A DNA stretch of 64,000 nt. Origin: Eledone cirrhosa. Taxonomy: Eukaryota. The notes under the pieces are model-generated. The model searched no databases, was not told where the DNA came from, and saw only the letters and a program-made list of their open reading frames with translations. Positions 24,011-37,711 of the stretch are shown piece after piece. Made by a program: the position numbers and the translations under genes. Within the stretch, counting starts at the first letter, position 1. Each line of letters opens with the position of its first letter. The DNA is taken from NCBI GenBank assembly GCA_964016885.1, contig OZ024740.1, forward strand, positions 218,364,001 to 218,428,000, read 5' to 3'.

Positions 24011-26719
24011 AAACTTTTAACTTTCCGAACGTTTTCAACCAAAATTTAGTTTCAAACTTACGTAAGAAAGAGTGTTTATCTTTTTTTTCTTTTCCGATTA
24101 ACAGAATCATTAGAACGCCGAATAAACTCTGTTATTTGTTCGAACTTTCTTTACATTCTGTGTTCAAATCCCGCCGAGTTCAACTTTGTCTTTCATCCCT
24201 CCGGGGTTGATGGTAAAATAAATTACCAATCAAGTAATGAGATCGCTATAATCATCCCCCACCTCCTACCTAAATTGCTAGTCTTGTACTTAATGTAGAA
24301 ATCATTGCCAACTTAGAAACGAGCGATACAGGCTTGGCACTATGTGTTCCGGCTTTTTATGATCTGAGTTCAAATCCTGCTGAGGTTAGCTTTGCCTTTC
24401 ATCCTTTCGAGGTCGATAAAATAAAGTACCAATAAAGTACTGGGATCGATTTTAATCTACTTTCCTAATCAATGACCCTATGTCTAAATTAGAAACTATC
24501 ATTATCAATGAAAAAAAAATAAAAGTTATTATTTCGGCTGGATATGTTGAGAGGAAAGAGACAGAGATTGAGACTAAGTGATTTACAGTATCAGTGGAGT
24601 GTCTCGTATGATAATTTAGGTTGCCCACATTGGAGCCCTATCTCTCCTGTATCTCTTAGATATGACGTTTCACGTCTGACATCTTGTGTCAATCAACTCA
24701 CACTCACTGACCTAGATGTTATCAGCTCTGGACTACTCCACATTGTTTGCCTTGCTATATTGATGACCTTTCTTTGTAATAACGAGGCAGATGGATCTCG
24801 GTCGGTGTCAACGATGCATGTTGCAGTTGTTCGATCAACGGAACGGCTTGCTCGTGGAATTAACGTGCAAGTGAATGGTTGAGCAGTTTACATACAGGTG
24901 TACCCCTTAACTTGATTCTCAAGGAAATGCAGCATGACACTGTTTGACATAGCTGATCTTTCGAATTACAGGCACGGTCTATCTTGTACTATAATCTGAC
25001 TAAAGAGCGGTGGATAGTCATAATCGGTTGAGCGTCAGACAATATACTTTGTGGCATATAATTACGTCCCTTTACGTTCCGTGTTCAAATCCCGCTGAAG
25101 TTAACTCTGCATTTCATCCTTACAGGATTGATTAAATAAAGCATCAGTAATACACTTGGTTCGATTTAATCGACTTTTCCCTCCTTTCAAGATTATTGGC
25201 CTTGTGTCTAAATCAGAAACCATTATAATGTGACTATTTGACATACACATGTATCCTTAAGGTAATTCTCAGGGAGATTCAGCGTCACACAGAGTATGCT
25301 TAGAGTGGTCTTTTGAAATACAGCTACAAGTCTATTCGATAGGCTTCGAAACAGTCTCCGCCTACTAAATTCCGGTCACAAGACCCGGGTCGACACGAGG
25401 CTATGGTAAAAGACACCGGCCCAAGATGTCAAGCAGTGGGATTGAACCAGTAACCTCGTGATTGCAAAACGAACTTTTCAGCCATTAGACCATGCTCCGT
25501 CCATGTTATTACCACCACAGCAACCATTGACTCACAGACATACTGTCTCCTCTACATCTGTTTAATCCGCCATACTACAATAGCTTATATTTCTTTCGAC
25601 TAGCCAGCTACACAGCACGCCGTCCTCCCAGGCCCACCACCTCTCTTCGTCTCGTTACTTCAACTCTGTACCACCTATATCCCAAACCATACAAGCCTGT
25701 GACTTCCACTTTCAAACTTTGAACAATCCTTCTCCAGAACTACTAAACACCGTCCACAATATTACATCCCTTCGATTCATGTTGCTCCAGTGAACTTACT
25801 AGGAAAAAGGAGTTCTACTTGTAATTTCAAATGACCAGCCTTGTCACTGACTCTATCATGTTGATTCTCCCTGAAAACTACACTGGTGTCAGTGGAATAC
25901 TCAACCACTTGCATGCTGTTCCGTAGTTCGTACAACTAGAAGACTCGTCGGTAAAGTCGACGAAGATCCAACAACAGTTAGACAGTGCTTCCAAAGGACC
26001 AGAGTCTGTGATAAAGTTCATTTAAATAAACAGGTAGGGGGAGAGGGTTGTTATTGCTAAAAAAGTTGGGCACCACTGCAATATAGGTTTACTAAATACT
26101 ATGTGTGTTTGTAAAGGTAGCAAATCGTTAGAAGAGGGTCGGGTAGAATGCTTTGTAGTATTCGTTCTAGTTCTCTGCGTTCTGAGTTCAAATCTCGCCG
26201 AGATCAACTTTGCCTTTCATCATTTCATGGTCGATAAATAATATACTTGTCCAGTATTGGGTTCGATTGTTCTTCTATATGTCAGTCTCTCTCTATCTCT
26301 CTATCTCTCTCTCTTCTCTCTCTCCCTCTCTCTTCCCCCCCCCTCCCCTCTCTCGAAGAAAAAGGAGAAGAAGAAGAAACCGACAGTATTAAGGTCCGGA
26401 CAAAAGATGGGCGGCTCCGCCAATTTTAATTTCCCAAGCGACACCGTATATCTCAACGGCGCCCCTACGGACGGGTTCATGACATAGAATGGCATGGCAT
26501 GTGTGTTTGTGTGTATTAAGGAAACGTAGAAACATATAGCTAACATTATTGTCTGTAGCCAGGGAAGTGAACAACAGATAGTGTGTATAAACAGGTGTGT
26601 ATACTACAGTTTTTACTCACGGCTAATCATTACTATCTGTCTCGGTCGATCATTTATCGCCTAGTTAATACATATATATATAACTTTCTTATATATAAGC
26701 AATCATAATAAATACATAA

Positions 26720-28371
26720 ATACATACGTACATACGTACATATATATATACACGCATACATAAATACATACGTACATATATATATATATATACACGCATA
26801 CATAAATACATACGTACATATATATATACACGCATACATAAATACATACGTACATATATATATATATATACACGCATACATAAATACATACGTACATATA
26901 TATATACACGCATACATAAATACATACGTACATATATATATACACGCATACATAAATACATACGTACATATATATATATACACGCATACATAAATACATA
27001 CGTACATATATATATACACGCATACATAAATACATACGTACATATATATATACACGCATACATAAATACATACGTACATATATATATATATATATATATA
27101 CACGCATACATAAATACATACGTACATATATATATACACGCATACATAAATACATACGTACATATATATATACACGCATACATAAATACATACGTACATA
27201 TATATATATATACACGCATACATAAATACATACGTACATATATATATACACGCATACATAAATACATACGTACATATATATATATATATACACGCATACA
27301 TAAATACATACGTACATATATATATACACGCATACATAAATACATACGTACATAAATATATACACGCACGCATACATAAATACATACGTACATATATATA
27401 TATACACGCATACATAAATACATACGTACATATATATATACACGCATACATAAATACATACGTACATATATATATATATATACACGCATACATAAATACA
27501 TACGTACATATATATATACACGCATACATAAATACATACGTACATATATATATATATATACACGCATACATAAATACATACGTACATATATATATACACG
27601 CATACATAAATACATACGTACATATATATATACACGCATACATAAATACATACGTACATATATATATATACACGCATACATAAATACATACGTACATATA
27701 TATATACACGCATACATAAATACATACGTACATATATATATACACGCATACATAAATACATACGTATATATATATATATATATATATACACACGCATACA
27801 TAAATACATACGTACATATATATATATACACGCATACATAAATACATACGTACATATATATATACACGCATACATAAATACATACGTACATATATATATA
27901 TACACGCATACATAAATACATACGTACATATATATATATACACGCATACATAAATACATACGTACATATATATATACACGCATACATAAATACATACGTA
28001 CATATATATATACACGCATACATAAATACATACGTACATATATATATACACGCATACATAAATACATACGTACATATATATATACACGCATACATAAATA
28101 CATACGTACATATATATTTACACGCATACATAAATACATACGTACATATATATATATATATACACGCATACATAAATACATACGTACATATATATATACA
28201 CGCATACATAAATACATACGTACATATATATATACACGCATACATAAATACATACGTACATATATATATACACGCATACATAAATACATACGTACATATA
28301 TATATATATATATACACGCATACATAAATACATACGTACATATATATTTACACGCATACATAAATACATAC

Positions 28372-28409
<38 letters not shown>

Positions 28410-28680
28410 GCATACATAAATACACACGTACATATATATATACACGCATACATAAATACATACGTACATATATATAAATACACGCATACATAAATACATA
28501 CGTACATATATATATATACACGCATACATAAATACATACGTACATATATATATATATACACGCATACATAAATACATACGTACATATATATATACACGCA
28601 TACATAAATACATATGTACATATATATATACACGCATACATAAATACATACGTACATATATATATACACGCATACATGCG
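26720..28680. repeat. Minisatellite, ~34-44-bp unit CACGCATACATAAATACATACGTACA(TA)n
   Basis: About 50 near-identical units differing mainly in (TA)n length. Confidence 0.95.
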
Positions 28681-28977
28681 CACATATATATGCATACATA
28701 CACACGTATTTTTACACACCATATATATATGTGTGTATGTATGTATATTTATATACATATGAAAAATAGAATTAGAATTTTATTTCTGACCCTAGCACAG
28801 CTGATACATAAATATAAGTATGCACTCGCACACACACACATATACATACACATGTATAGATTATATCGAACATTAATAATTGTTTCTACACAAGGCCAGC
28901 GATTAAATCAGTGCATTACTGGTACTTTATTTTATCGACCCCGTAAGGATGAAAGGCAAAGTTAACCTCGGCGGTTC

Positions 28978-29195
28978 GATTCGTTTGCAAATTCTAATTT
29001 TATTTTCAATATTCGGCAAGGCCACCCGTAACTTGCTCGGTATGCAAATGAGGCTACTCAGCCGATGTATACTTAAGAATATAATATATATTTTAAACCA
29101 TTCAACAGACTGGCAGAGGTATACCGTCCTGATGAAGGGTAATGACCCAGAAGCATGTTGATTGTTCCTTAAAGCCAGGAGTACGAAGAGTTTGT
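28978..29195 (+). repeat. Diverged relative of the 486-bp HHR unit (octamer + HHR with GAAG variant)
   Basis: tATGCAAATgaggctactcagccg (29042-29049) ... ctggc..ccgtc CTGATGA a gggt-aatg-accc a GAAG catg TT gattg..gccag. Confidence 0.7.
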
Positions 29196-29233
29196 ACTCC
29201 TTTCCTCTCTTCCTCTTTTTCCTCAACCTACAG

Positions 29234-29725
29234 GCTGATATAGAGAGAAGGCCCATTCACTCGGGCCATTCTCGCCACTTCCACCCACCTTTCATAAAAC
29301 TTGCTGGAGTACAGCACCTCTCTCTCCATCCTGATTCTTCTTCCAAAGTGGTATTTGAAAAAAAAGAATCAGTTGTTAGCCGGAGAGAAAGGTGTCTGAC
29401 CTCAGCCCTTTCAACCTTGTCCACCATACAACCTCTTTCTCCATAGCTATCACACAAAGGAAAACCGCATCTCCTTCGTTTTTGAAGGAGGGTGGCGGTT
29501 TGATCATGATAATGGACTCGGTGGTCAACCGGATTGGTCCCACCCGCGACGTTTTGTAGGTGTTCCCGTCTTCCCTCTCTTGTCTTCCTCAACCTACAGG
29601 TTTATATACAGAGAAGGCTCATTCACTCGGGCCATTTTCGCCACATTCACTCAACCTTTCAGCGTATTTACTGGGGTGTAGCACCTCTCTCTCCACTCTC
29701 ACCTTTCTTCTGAAATGGTATTTAA
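29234..29725 (-). pseudogene. Degraded 3' fragments of the Tx1-like LINE ORF2
   Basis: Clear nucleotide similarity to 5380-5710 (aaggcccattcac.cgggccattctcgccactt; ggactcggtggtcaaccggat.ggtcccaccc). The terminal part is duplicated at about 29590-29725. Confidence 0.8.
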
Positions 29726-30004
29726 AGATAGATATGTATTCCGTCGGTGTCGATGGCTTACTCGTGTAAGTGGCTAACTATTCATAAACACGTGTATCCC
29801 TAACGTAGTTCTCAGACACACATCTAAGCATTTTCCGACACAGTGATGGCTGAAGGATTAAGAGGTTCGCTTAACAATCATAAGCTTTCTGGTTCAGTCC
29901 CACTGGATAGCATTTTGGGCGAGTGTCTTTCCATAGCTTCGATTACTTTCATGCCTTGTGAGTGACATTGGCTGCACGGAAACTGTTTGGAAGGCCGTCA
30001 AATT

Positions 30005-30674
30005 TACATACACACATTCATACATACATACACACGCATACATACAAATATACAAACATACAGACATACGTACATACATACACATTCATACGCACATTCA
30101 TTTCATGCATACACACATACATACATACATACACACGCATATACACAAACACACACGTACATACATACACATTCATACGCACATTCATGTCATGCATACA
30201 CACATACATACATACATACATACACACGCTTATACACACGCATACATACAAATATACAAACATACAGACATACGTACATACATACACATTCATACGCACA
30301 TTCATTTCATGCATACACACATACATACATACACACGCATACACACACACACGCATACATACAAACATACAGACATACGTACATACATACACATTCATAC
30401 GCACATTCATGTCATGCATACACACATACATACATACATACATACACACGCTTATACACACGCATACATACAAATATACAAACATACAGACATACGTACA
30501 TACATACACATTCATACGCACATTCATTTCATGCATACACACATACATACACACACACGCATACATACAAATATACAAACATACAGACATACGTACATAC
30601 ATACACATTCATACGCACATTCATGTCATGCATACACACATACATACACACGCATATACACACACACGCATACA

Positions 30675-30708
<34 letters not shown>

Positions 30709-31080
30709 CATACATACACATTCATACGCACATTCATACAAACATACGTACATACAGACATACATACATACACATTCATACGCACATTCATGCATACACA
30801 CATACATACACACATTCATACATACACACACACGCATACATACAAACAAATATACAAACAGACATACATACATACATACATACATACATACATACACATT
30901 CATACACACATTCATGCATACACACATACATACATACACACATACATACATACACACATTCATACACACATTCATGCATACACACATGCATACACACATA
31001 CATACGCACATTCATACATACATACGCACATTCATAATACATACACGTACATGCATACAAACATTCATACATACACACAC
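30005..31080. repeat. (CATA)-derived complex minisatellite with higher-order ~60/120-bp units
   Basis: Recurring caaatatacaaacatacagacatacgtac and cacattcatacgcacattcat blocks. Confidence 0.85.
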
Positions 31081-31300
31081 ATATATATACATCTATACAT
31101 GTGTACATTGTGGAAACATATATGACGAGGCTTAGTACAGCCAGTCCATAGCAGCGTTAAACCCCCAGCTATTGCTGGTACTCATTTTCAGCGGAGTATA
31201 CTGGAGCAACGTGAAATGAAGTGTTTTGCTCAAGAACACAACACGCAACCCAGGAATCGAACCCACGACATTATGATCTATATATATATATACATATATA

Positions 31301-31457
31301 GTTAAATATTAGACAGGAACAAAAAACAGAGAGGCAGTACAAATGGTAGTTTATTAGGTTCACGCTTTTGAGAGTGGGAGGTGGGGGCGACGTGTCAGGC
31401 ATAAGCCGAAACGTCGTCCCTCACCCCCACTCTCAAAAGCGTGAACCTAATAAACTA

Positions 31458-31460
<3 letters not shown>
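31301..31460. repeat. Inverted duplication of a Neptune-like PLE 3' terminus, centred on HHR helix II
   Basis: Arms tggtagtttattaggttcacgcttttgagagtggg / cccactctcaaaagcgtgaacctaataaactacca are homologous to 40750-40846. The centre is ggcataagcc GAAA cg TC. Confidence 0.75.
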
Positions 31461-31512
<52 letters not shown>

Positions 31513-31565
31513 ATGTCCGTAGTACAGTGCTATTTAATTATGTAATAAACAACGCAATACAATTA

Positions 31566-31638
31566 TTCCATTTACCAAAGGTTTCACGAAGACAGGCGAC
31601 TTCAACAGAGGTGTCCGAAATCGTTCATCAGAAAGGAA
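31566..31638 (-). ncRNA. Type I hammerhead ribozyme (left arm of inverted repeat)
   Basis: Minus: ttccttt CTGATGA acga...tcgt GAAA cc-ttt-gg TA aatggaa. Confidence 0.8.
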
Positions 31639-31653
31639 AATTAATATAAAATT

Positions 31654-31726
31654 TTCCTTTCTGATGAACGACGTCGGACACTTCTGTTAAAGTCGCCTGT
31701 CTTCGTGAAACCTTTGGTAAATGGAA
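31654..31726 (+). ncRNA. Type I hammerhead ribozyme (right arm of inverted repeat)
   Basis: ttccttt CTGATGA(31661-67) acga..31 nt..tcgt GAAA(31707-10) cc-ttt-gg TA(31718-19) aatggaa. Helix I has one U-U mismatch. Confidence 0.8.
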
Positions 31727-31756
31727 TAATTGTATTGCGTTGTTTATTACATAATT

Positions 31757-31832
<76 letters not shown>

Positions 31833-32329
31833 GCACGCCCTCACCAATAAATTACTCTCGAACCTAGAACATGGAACCACGTTGTTGCAAACTTTCTAAG
31901 CACACCATACATTGATAAACTAATAGATAGATAGATAGATAATTATGTAAATAGAGGGACATATATGTAAATAGATATCTTTCTTTATTTACAGATAGAT
32001 ATGCGTGTACATGCTGTGTGCATGTGTATGGTATTTATCGGCGCCGTATTGTGTGTATTACTACGTCGACTGTTACAACTTGTCAACGCTAACAGATCAT
32101 TTTGCATTGCTGTGTGTGCGTGTGTGCGAAATAACCATATTTACCACCTTGCCCTGACAGTCAATCTACATATGTAGACGAGGTGTTTTGAGTACACTGT
32201 CACATTTACAAAAAAAAAAAAAAACACCATTGGACTAACACACATACACGCGCGCATCTACTTACGTGTGTGTGTATATATATGTATAATATTTATATAT
32301 ATATATATATATGTGTGTGTGAGTGTGTG

Positions 32330-32594
32330 TGGAGACACGTAGCCTCATGGTAAGAGTGTTGTACCTACGATCATAATGTTGTGGGTTCGATTCCTGGGTT
32401 GCGTGTTGTGTTCTCGAACAAAACACTTCATTTCACGTTGCTCCAGTATACTCAGCTGAAAATAAGCACCAGAAATAGCTGTGGGTTTAAAGCGGCGATG
32501 GACTGGCATCCTCTCCAGGGGAGTCTTATACTCTGTCGCTTCACGCCATGAAACCGGAATAAGCACCGGCAAAATGAGCCTTCTGGCTTAAGGC

Positions 32595-32600
<6 letters not shown>
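32330..32600 (+). mobile_element. Second tRNA-derived SINE family
   Basis: Box A tagcctcatggtaag, box B ggttcgattcc, body aaacacttcatttcacgttgctccagt. Relatives at 31140-31278 (-), 34738-35050 (-), 51375-51565 (+), 55110-55300 (-) and 62757-63035 (-). Confidence 0.7.
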
Positions 32601-32656
<56 letters not shown>

Positions 32657-32757
32657 ATCACTGGTTTCAAGCCATACACACACATACATTTATATAAATA
32701 CACCTAGCCGGCTATATTATATAGCATCTCGGTATCTCGGTGCATGAGGCCCCCATT

Positions 32758-32800
<43 letters not shown>

Positions 32801-32803
<3 letters not shown>

Positions 32804-33011
32804 GAAAGGAAATCACAAACAAGAGACGGGTTCCCTCTTCAGTTGTCTATTGGGGGTCTCGGACGTTTCAATGTGTTGAAACGTTCGAGACCCCCAGCAG
32901 ACAACTGAAGAGGGGGACCTGTCTTTTGTCTGTGCTTTCCCTTCATTTCTAAATACACTTTATCAGTAACTACATACCGCCTTGTTTCTTCTAAATTTAC
33001 GCACACAGACG

Positions 33012-33012
<1 letters not shown>
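32801..33012 (+). repeat. (TA)n-inserted element with imperfect ~70-bp inverted arms; HHR-like 3' half at the centre
   Basis: Arms 32801-32871 and 32876-32948; centre ...tt GAAA cg TTC gagaccccc (palindromic AACGTT). Confidence 0.55.
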
Positions 33013-33057
<45 letters not shown>

Positions 33058-33120
33058 TGTGTCTGTGTGTGTGTAAATTTATATATATATATATATAGTA
33101 AATTTATATATATATATATA

Positions 33121-33394
33121 GTATAAAAAAACGAAAAATCAGTGATGCATCTGGACTCAGTTTATTCCGTGTTACAATTGTTTCGCCGGCAGGTAGCTCG
33201 AGACATGATCATTGTATGGATCTGGCTGATTCTACGGCTGTAGGTTCCTTCGGACACGGGTAGTTCGTTCGGAGCAAATTTGCATCACTGATTTTTCGTT
33301 TTTTTATACTATCCACACTCTACTCTGTATGAATATTGAGTGCTAATTTTGGCATACCGCCTATGGAAGCACCATAGCTACGATTATACACAAG

Positions 33395-33395
<1 letters not shown>
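33121..33395. repeat. (TA)n-inserted element with 29-bp inverted repeats enclosing a variant HHR-like fold
   Basis: gtataaaaaaacgaaaaatcagtgatgca (33121-33149) and its reverse complement (33281-33309). Minus 33167-33259: ccgtgt CCGAAGGA...gccggc GAAA caattg TA acacgg. Confidence 0.55.
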
Positions 33396-33425
<30 letters not shown>

Positions 33426-33629
33426 ATAAACGTGCTGCGTGGGTGCTAATGGGTTACATATGAATAAAGTTAGTCCTTCATCAGTGATCTTCCAACCATC
33501 ATTGGTATTTCATCGCTTTAAAGACCATATACCTCCGGTTGGTGCGAGCAACGGCTAAAAAAAGTCGTTGGGACACGTAAATAAAAGGGACACGAGAGTG
33601 TAAACAAACAAAGATGGTGAAGCAACGAA

Positions 33630-33707
<78 letters not shown>

Positions 33708-35156
33708 GTGTGGTCCTTAGAGCGTCAATTAAAATGCTTCTCGGTGATTGTCTGGCTCACTGCGCAGTGAGCACAAATCCCGCCAAGGTCAACTATGCCT
33801 TTCATCCTTTCGGGTTCAATAATGTACCAGTCCATGGAGGTGGGTTGACAAAAACGTCGAATGAGATGCCTTGCAGTATCTCTTTTAGGCCTTGGCACTC
33901 TGAGCTTGTCTACGACGTCATTGTTATTATGTTATTGGCACATACCTTCCCTTGAACAACATCGGTAACCTTAAGAAAGTAGACTTGCATGCATGAGCGA
34001 AAGCTGGTCTGTCTGAAAAACGCGTTGAAGAGGAGCTTTCCAGGCACAAACCCCTAACCAAAATGATGGCCGGGATACTCCGTCGATATCGACCATGAGC
34101 ATTTAGTTCAATTAACTGAACGTTCGATTCGTTATAGTTATAAAGTTTTTCAAATACACAGTGACAACAAATGATAAGATTGAAAAAAAAAAAAAGAGAG
34201 AAAAGCCAGCAATATACGCTGCATCAGTCATTTCTCCTTATCGGCTGTCATGCCTTCATTCCGATTTTAAAGCGGCAATTCAGAGGTCGAGAACACCGGG
34301 GGTCTTAATGGTGACGGCCACAAAATAGAATCTTCCTGTTTAATGACTAATAGTTAATCATCTTCCACTTGTCTGTGTTGGGGGTGGCAATATCTGGCTT
34401 TATGTGTTACAACACGTGGCATCACAGATGAGCGATTTACCCCACACAAACTGGAAAAGGAATAACTCGACAATAGCGCCCACTCTCGTCGCAGTCGAGA
34501 TCGAGAGGCTTTAGTTGTGAAGAGTAACCAACCAGTTCGTTAAATCAGCGTGTAGCTGGTTGAGAATTCCACAAACACGCGTACCTATGACGTAATTCTC
34601 AGGAAGATTCAGCGTGACGCAATGTGTAACAAGACAGTCTATTTGACGGGCTTCCACGCAGTTTCTGTCCCACAAACCTTGGATCAGCCCATATTTACGA
34701 TATAAGACATTTGCCCAAGATGCCAAACTCGACATACACGTCGGTTACGATGAAGAGTGTTCCAGTTGATTCGATCAACAGAACAGCCTGCTCGTGAAAT
34801 TTATATTACAAATGACTAATCATTCCACAGACACGTGTACCCTTAACCTAGTTATCAGGGAAATTCAACATAGCAGAGAATGTTACAAGGGTAGATTTCG
34901 AATTTGCAGGTGTAACTCATTTTTGACAGCTGAGTGGACTTGAGCAACGTGAAGTAAAGTGTCTTGCCCAAGGACACAGTGCGCTGCCGGGAATCAAATC
35001 TACGGTGTTACGATCATGAGCCGAATATCCTAACCACTAAGCCACACGCCTTCATACTTACATACATACAAGTATGTATGTATGTATGTATGTATGTATG
35101 TATGCACACACAGAATGTCTCGAAAACTATTAGCAGGCAGTAAGGCAGGTGAAATA

Positions 35157-35216
<60 letters not shown>

Positions 35217-35774
35217 GGGTAGCAAATGCATGTTTTAACTAAGAGAATTGTTTGTTTGAGATGATGAGAGAGCGTTGTATGTAAGTTCGTCCAGCAGAAG
35301 TAGTTTAGCTGATAACCAAACTAGGCAACCATAGACAGCATTAACAAAATAGAGTGTGTGTGTGAGAGAGACATTAATAGTTGAGGTGTGGCGTGTAGAT
35401 TACGTCAAGACAAAAGGTTTCCAGCGTGGGGGTAAATTTATCCCCAAGAGGGTAGATTTCGCCTATCAGGGGGTTAATTTACTGTTCTGAAACAGTAGCA
35501 GTAACAGTCTAAATTTATCACCCTCTGAAAGGTGGGCGGTTCTCTGTACGGTGAAGAAGCCGTAGTGGAGGTTATCGCAAGTTTATAATATTATGTTCTT
35601 CTAGTGGACCCGTGTTGTCAATAATGATGGTGGTAATAGCGTTGAATGTATTTAATCTTTAGAGTCCAGGCTTGGTATGGCATATATACCAAGTTTACCA
35701 GATATATGAACAATCATACAAACTCGGAAATATAGATTGATAAATTAATGGGACAATCTAACCACATGCTCAGA

Positions 35775-36110
35775 AAAGATTCGCTGGACAGATTTTGCGG
35801 GCAAAACCAACCGGCAAGAGACTCAAGAGTAGACCCCGAGCAAGATGGTTGGATAACATCCACGAGCTTGGCTGGTCACGCTTGGGGATCCAGCTGGATC
35901 AGTTGGAAACGGCTGCTTCTGACAGGACCTGCTGGAAGGATTGTTTGAGGACTCTTCCGCCACGATCTTGGCTGGTCACGCTTGGGGATCCAGTCGGATC
36001 AGTTGGAGACGGTTGCTTCTGACAGGAACCTCTGAAGGGAATGTTTGAGGACTCTTCTCCCACGACCCTCCCAAGAATAAGTGGGCAAAGAAGATAAATT
36101 AAGTATCGAA
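35775..36110 (+). pseudogene. RTE-like LINE 3' fragment with internal duplication
   Basis: AKPTGKRLKSRPRARWLDNI...ASDRTCW resembles the RTE C-terminal GKRxRGRPRxRWxD..DRxxW signature. About 95 bp is duplicated (35868-35965 / 35968-36066). Confidence 0.65.
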
Positions 36111-37427
36111 TGAATCTATATGTACAGATATGTGGATGCATGGGAGCCATTATATATATTGATCTATACATTTTGGTTTAGGTACGTGTTCAGATACATA
36201 TGTGTGTATATGTACATACTAGAAACTAAACCATTGCAATGTTTTATGCATCTCCCTGTTCTATTGGTGGTTTGTAATTGTAATTTCTTAACTAGCCGTA
36301 CTGTTGGATGTTCTGTGAAGCCAAGCTTCTACAGATTGGTGCTGAGACATATATTGACATAACCAAGTGTCCCAATTATTACAGGTGTTAGTAGACTAGT
36401 GTATTTAATAATGGTTTCTGATTTAGGCACAAGGCCAGCAATTTTGTGGGAAGAGGAAAGTCGATTAAATCTACCTCGGTGCATTACTGGTACTTTATTT
36501 TATCAACCCCGTAAGGATGAAAAGCAAAGCTAACCTCGGTGGGATTTGAAATGCAATGGCTTCAGTCATTTTTCGTTTTTGGAATCCAGAATTGGTATCC
36601 AATATATACCAAGTTACCGCATATATGAACAATCATACAAACTGGTAAATATTTCGTTTTGGTAAACTAACGATTTTCGTTAGAGAAACCCTATAGTTTA
36701 TGTTGATTATTAACACATGGAAGTCATTAATGACGAGAATGATATTCTAATAATTTATTTCAAGGATATAATAACATAAACGTTCAGTATATACACGTAT
36801 GTACACATGACATACAGGATTAAATGAATGAGTAACTTAGAAGAAATAACTATTTACAAGGACAAAAGTAGGGTTAGAAACTAGGGTCTTGTGATTTGAA
36901 GGCTGAGATAGGAAATTCATTACGTGTACGTGTGTGTGTGTGTGTGTGTGAGTGTTAACGAGTTAAAACACTAATTTGTTTACTTTTCGCCATTTTGGAT
37001 CTCTGTATTTTATATTTATTTCCTGCAGCATGGCCGGATGGTTAAGAGGTTCGCTTGGCACTCATTAGGTTCCGGGTTCAAACCCACTGCGTGTTATCTT
37101 GGGCAAATGTCATTTGCCATAGCTATGTGAGTATAACAGGGTAGACAGAAACTGTTTGGAAGCCATTCAGATGGACTGTAACTGTAATGACAAGGAGCAG
37201 CCATATTACAGACATATTGATGTTATACTAAATCTATCTGTAAATTAACTTATGGGTACACCATGTCTCTGTGGAATACTCAGCCACTTGCACGTTAATT
37301 TCATGAGTAGGTTGTTCCGTTGATCGAACAACTGGCACAGTCATCGTCGAAACCGACGGATTGAAATATTTTGTATAACGGTATGTAACTATGCCACCAT
37401 CAGTGGTTGCGGGTCCATACATATATA

Positions 37428-37711
37428 CATGGTGGCTGCCAACTCGTTTTCGAGTACGGCCACTACTTTATATCCATGTAGGAGAACCCCTACTGATGCA
37501 CTGAACGAGTGTGACTTTTTAGTCCAGCCAGCGACTTGAAAACTCTGGTACAAACACTACACTTGTGACAATTATTGACACATAGTGCTGGGCCCATGGT
37601 ACCATGTGACGACAAGTGCAGAGAGATCTCCAGATATAAAGCAATGCCTGTGCCGCGAAGCTTTTATAGTGAGCAAAGGCACTGCACAAAGCCAGTCCCA
37701 CTCTCTTAACC
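37428..37711 (-). mobile_element. RTE-like 3'-end repeat, copy 2
   Basis: Reverse complement nearly identical to 448-730. Confidence 0.7.

Noticed and set aside
26720-28680. CRISPR-like repeat/spacer pattern
   Set aside because: Spacers are only (TA)n, there are no cas genes, and the context is eukaryotic.
33465-33520. CTGATGA on the minus strand as another hammerhead
   Set aside because: No helix II-GAAA-helix III follows; at most a remnant.
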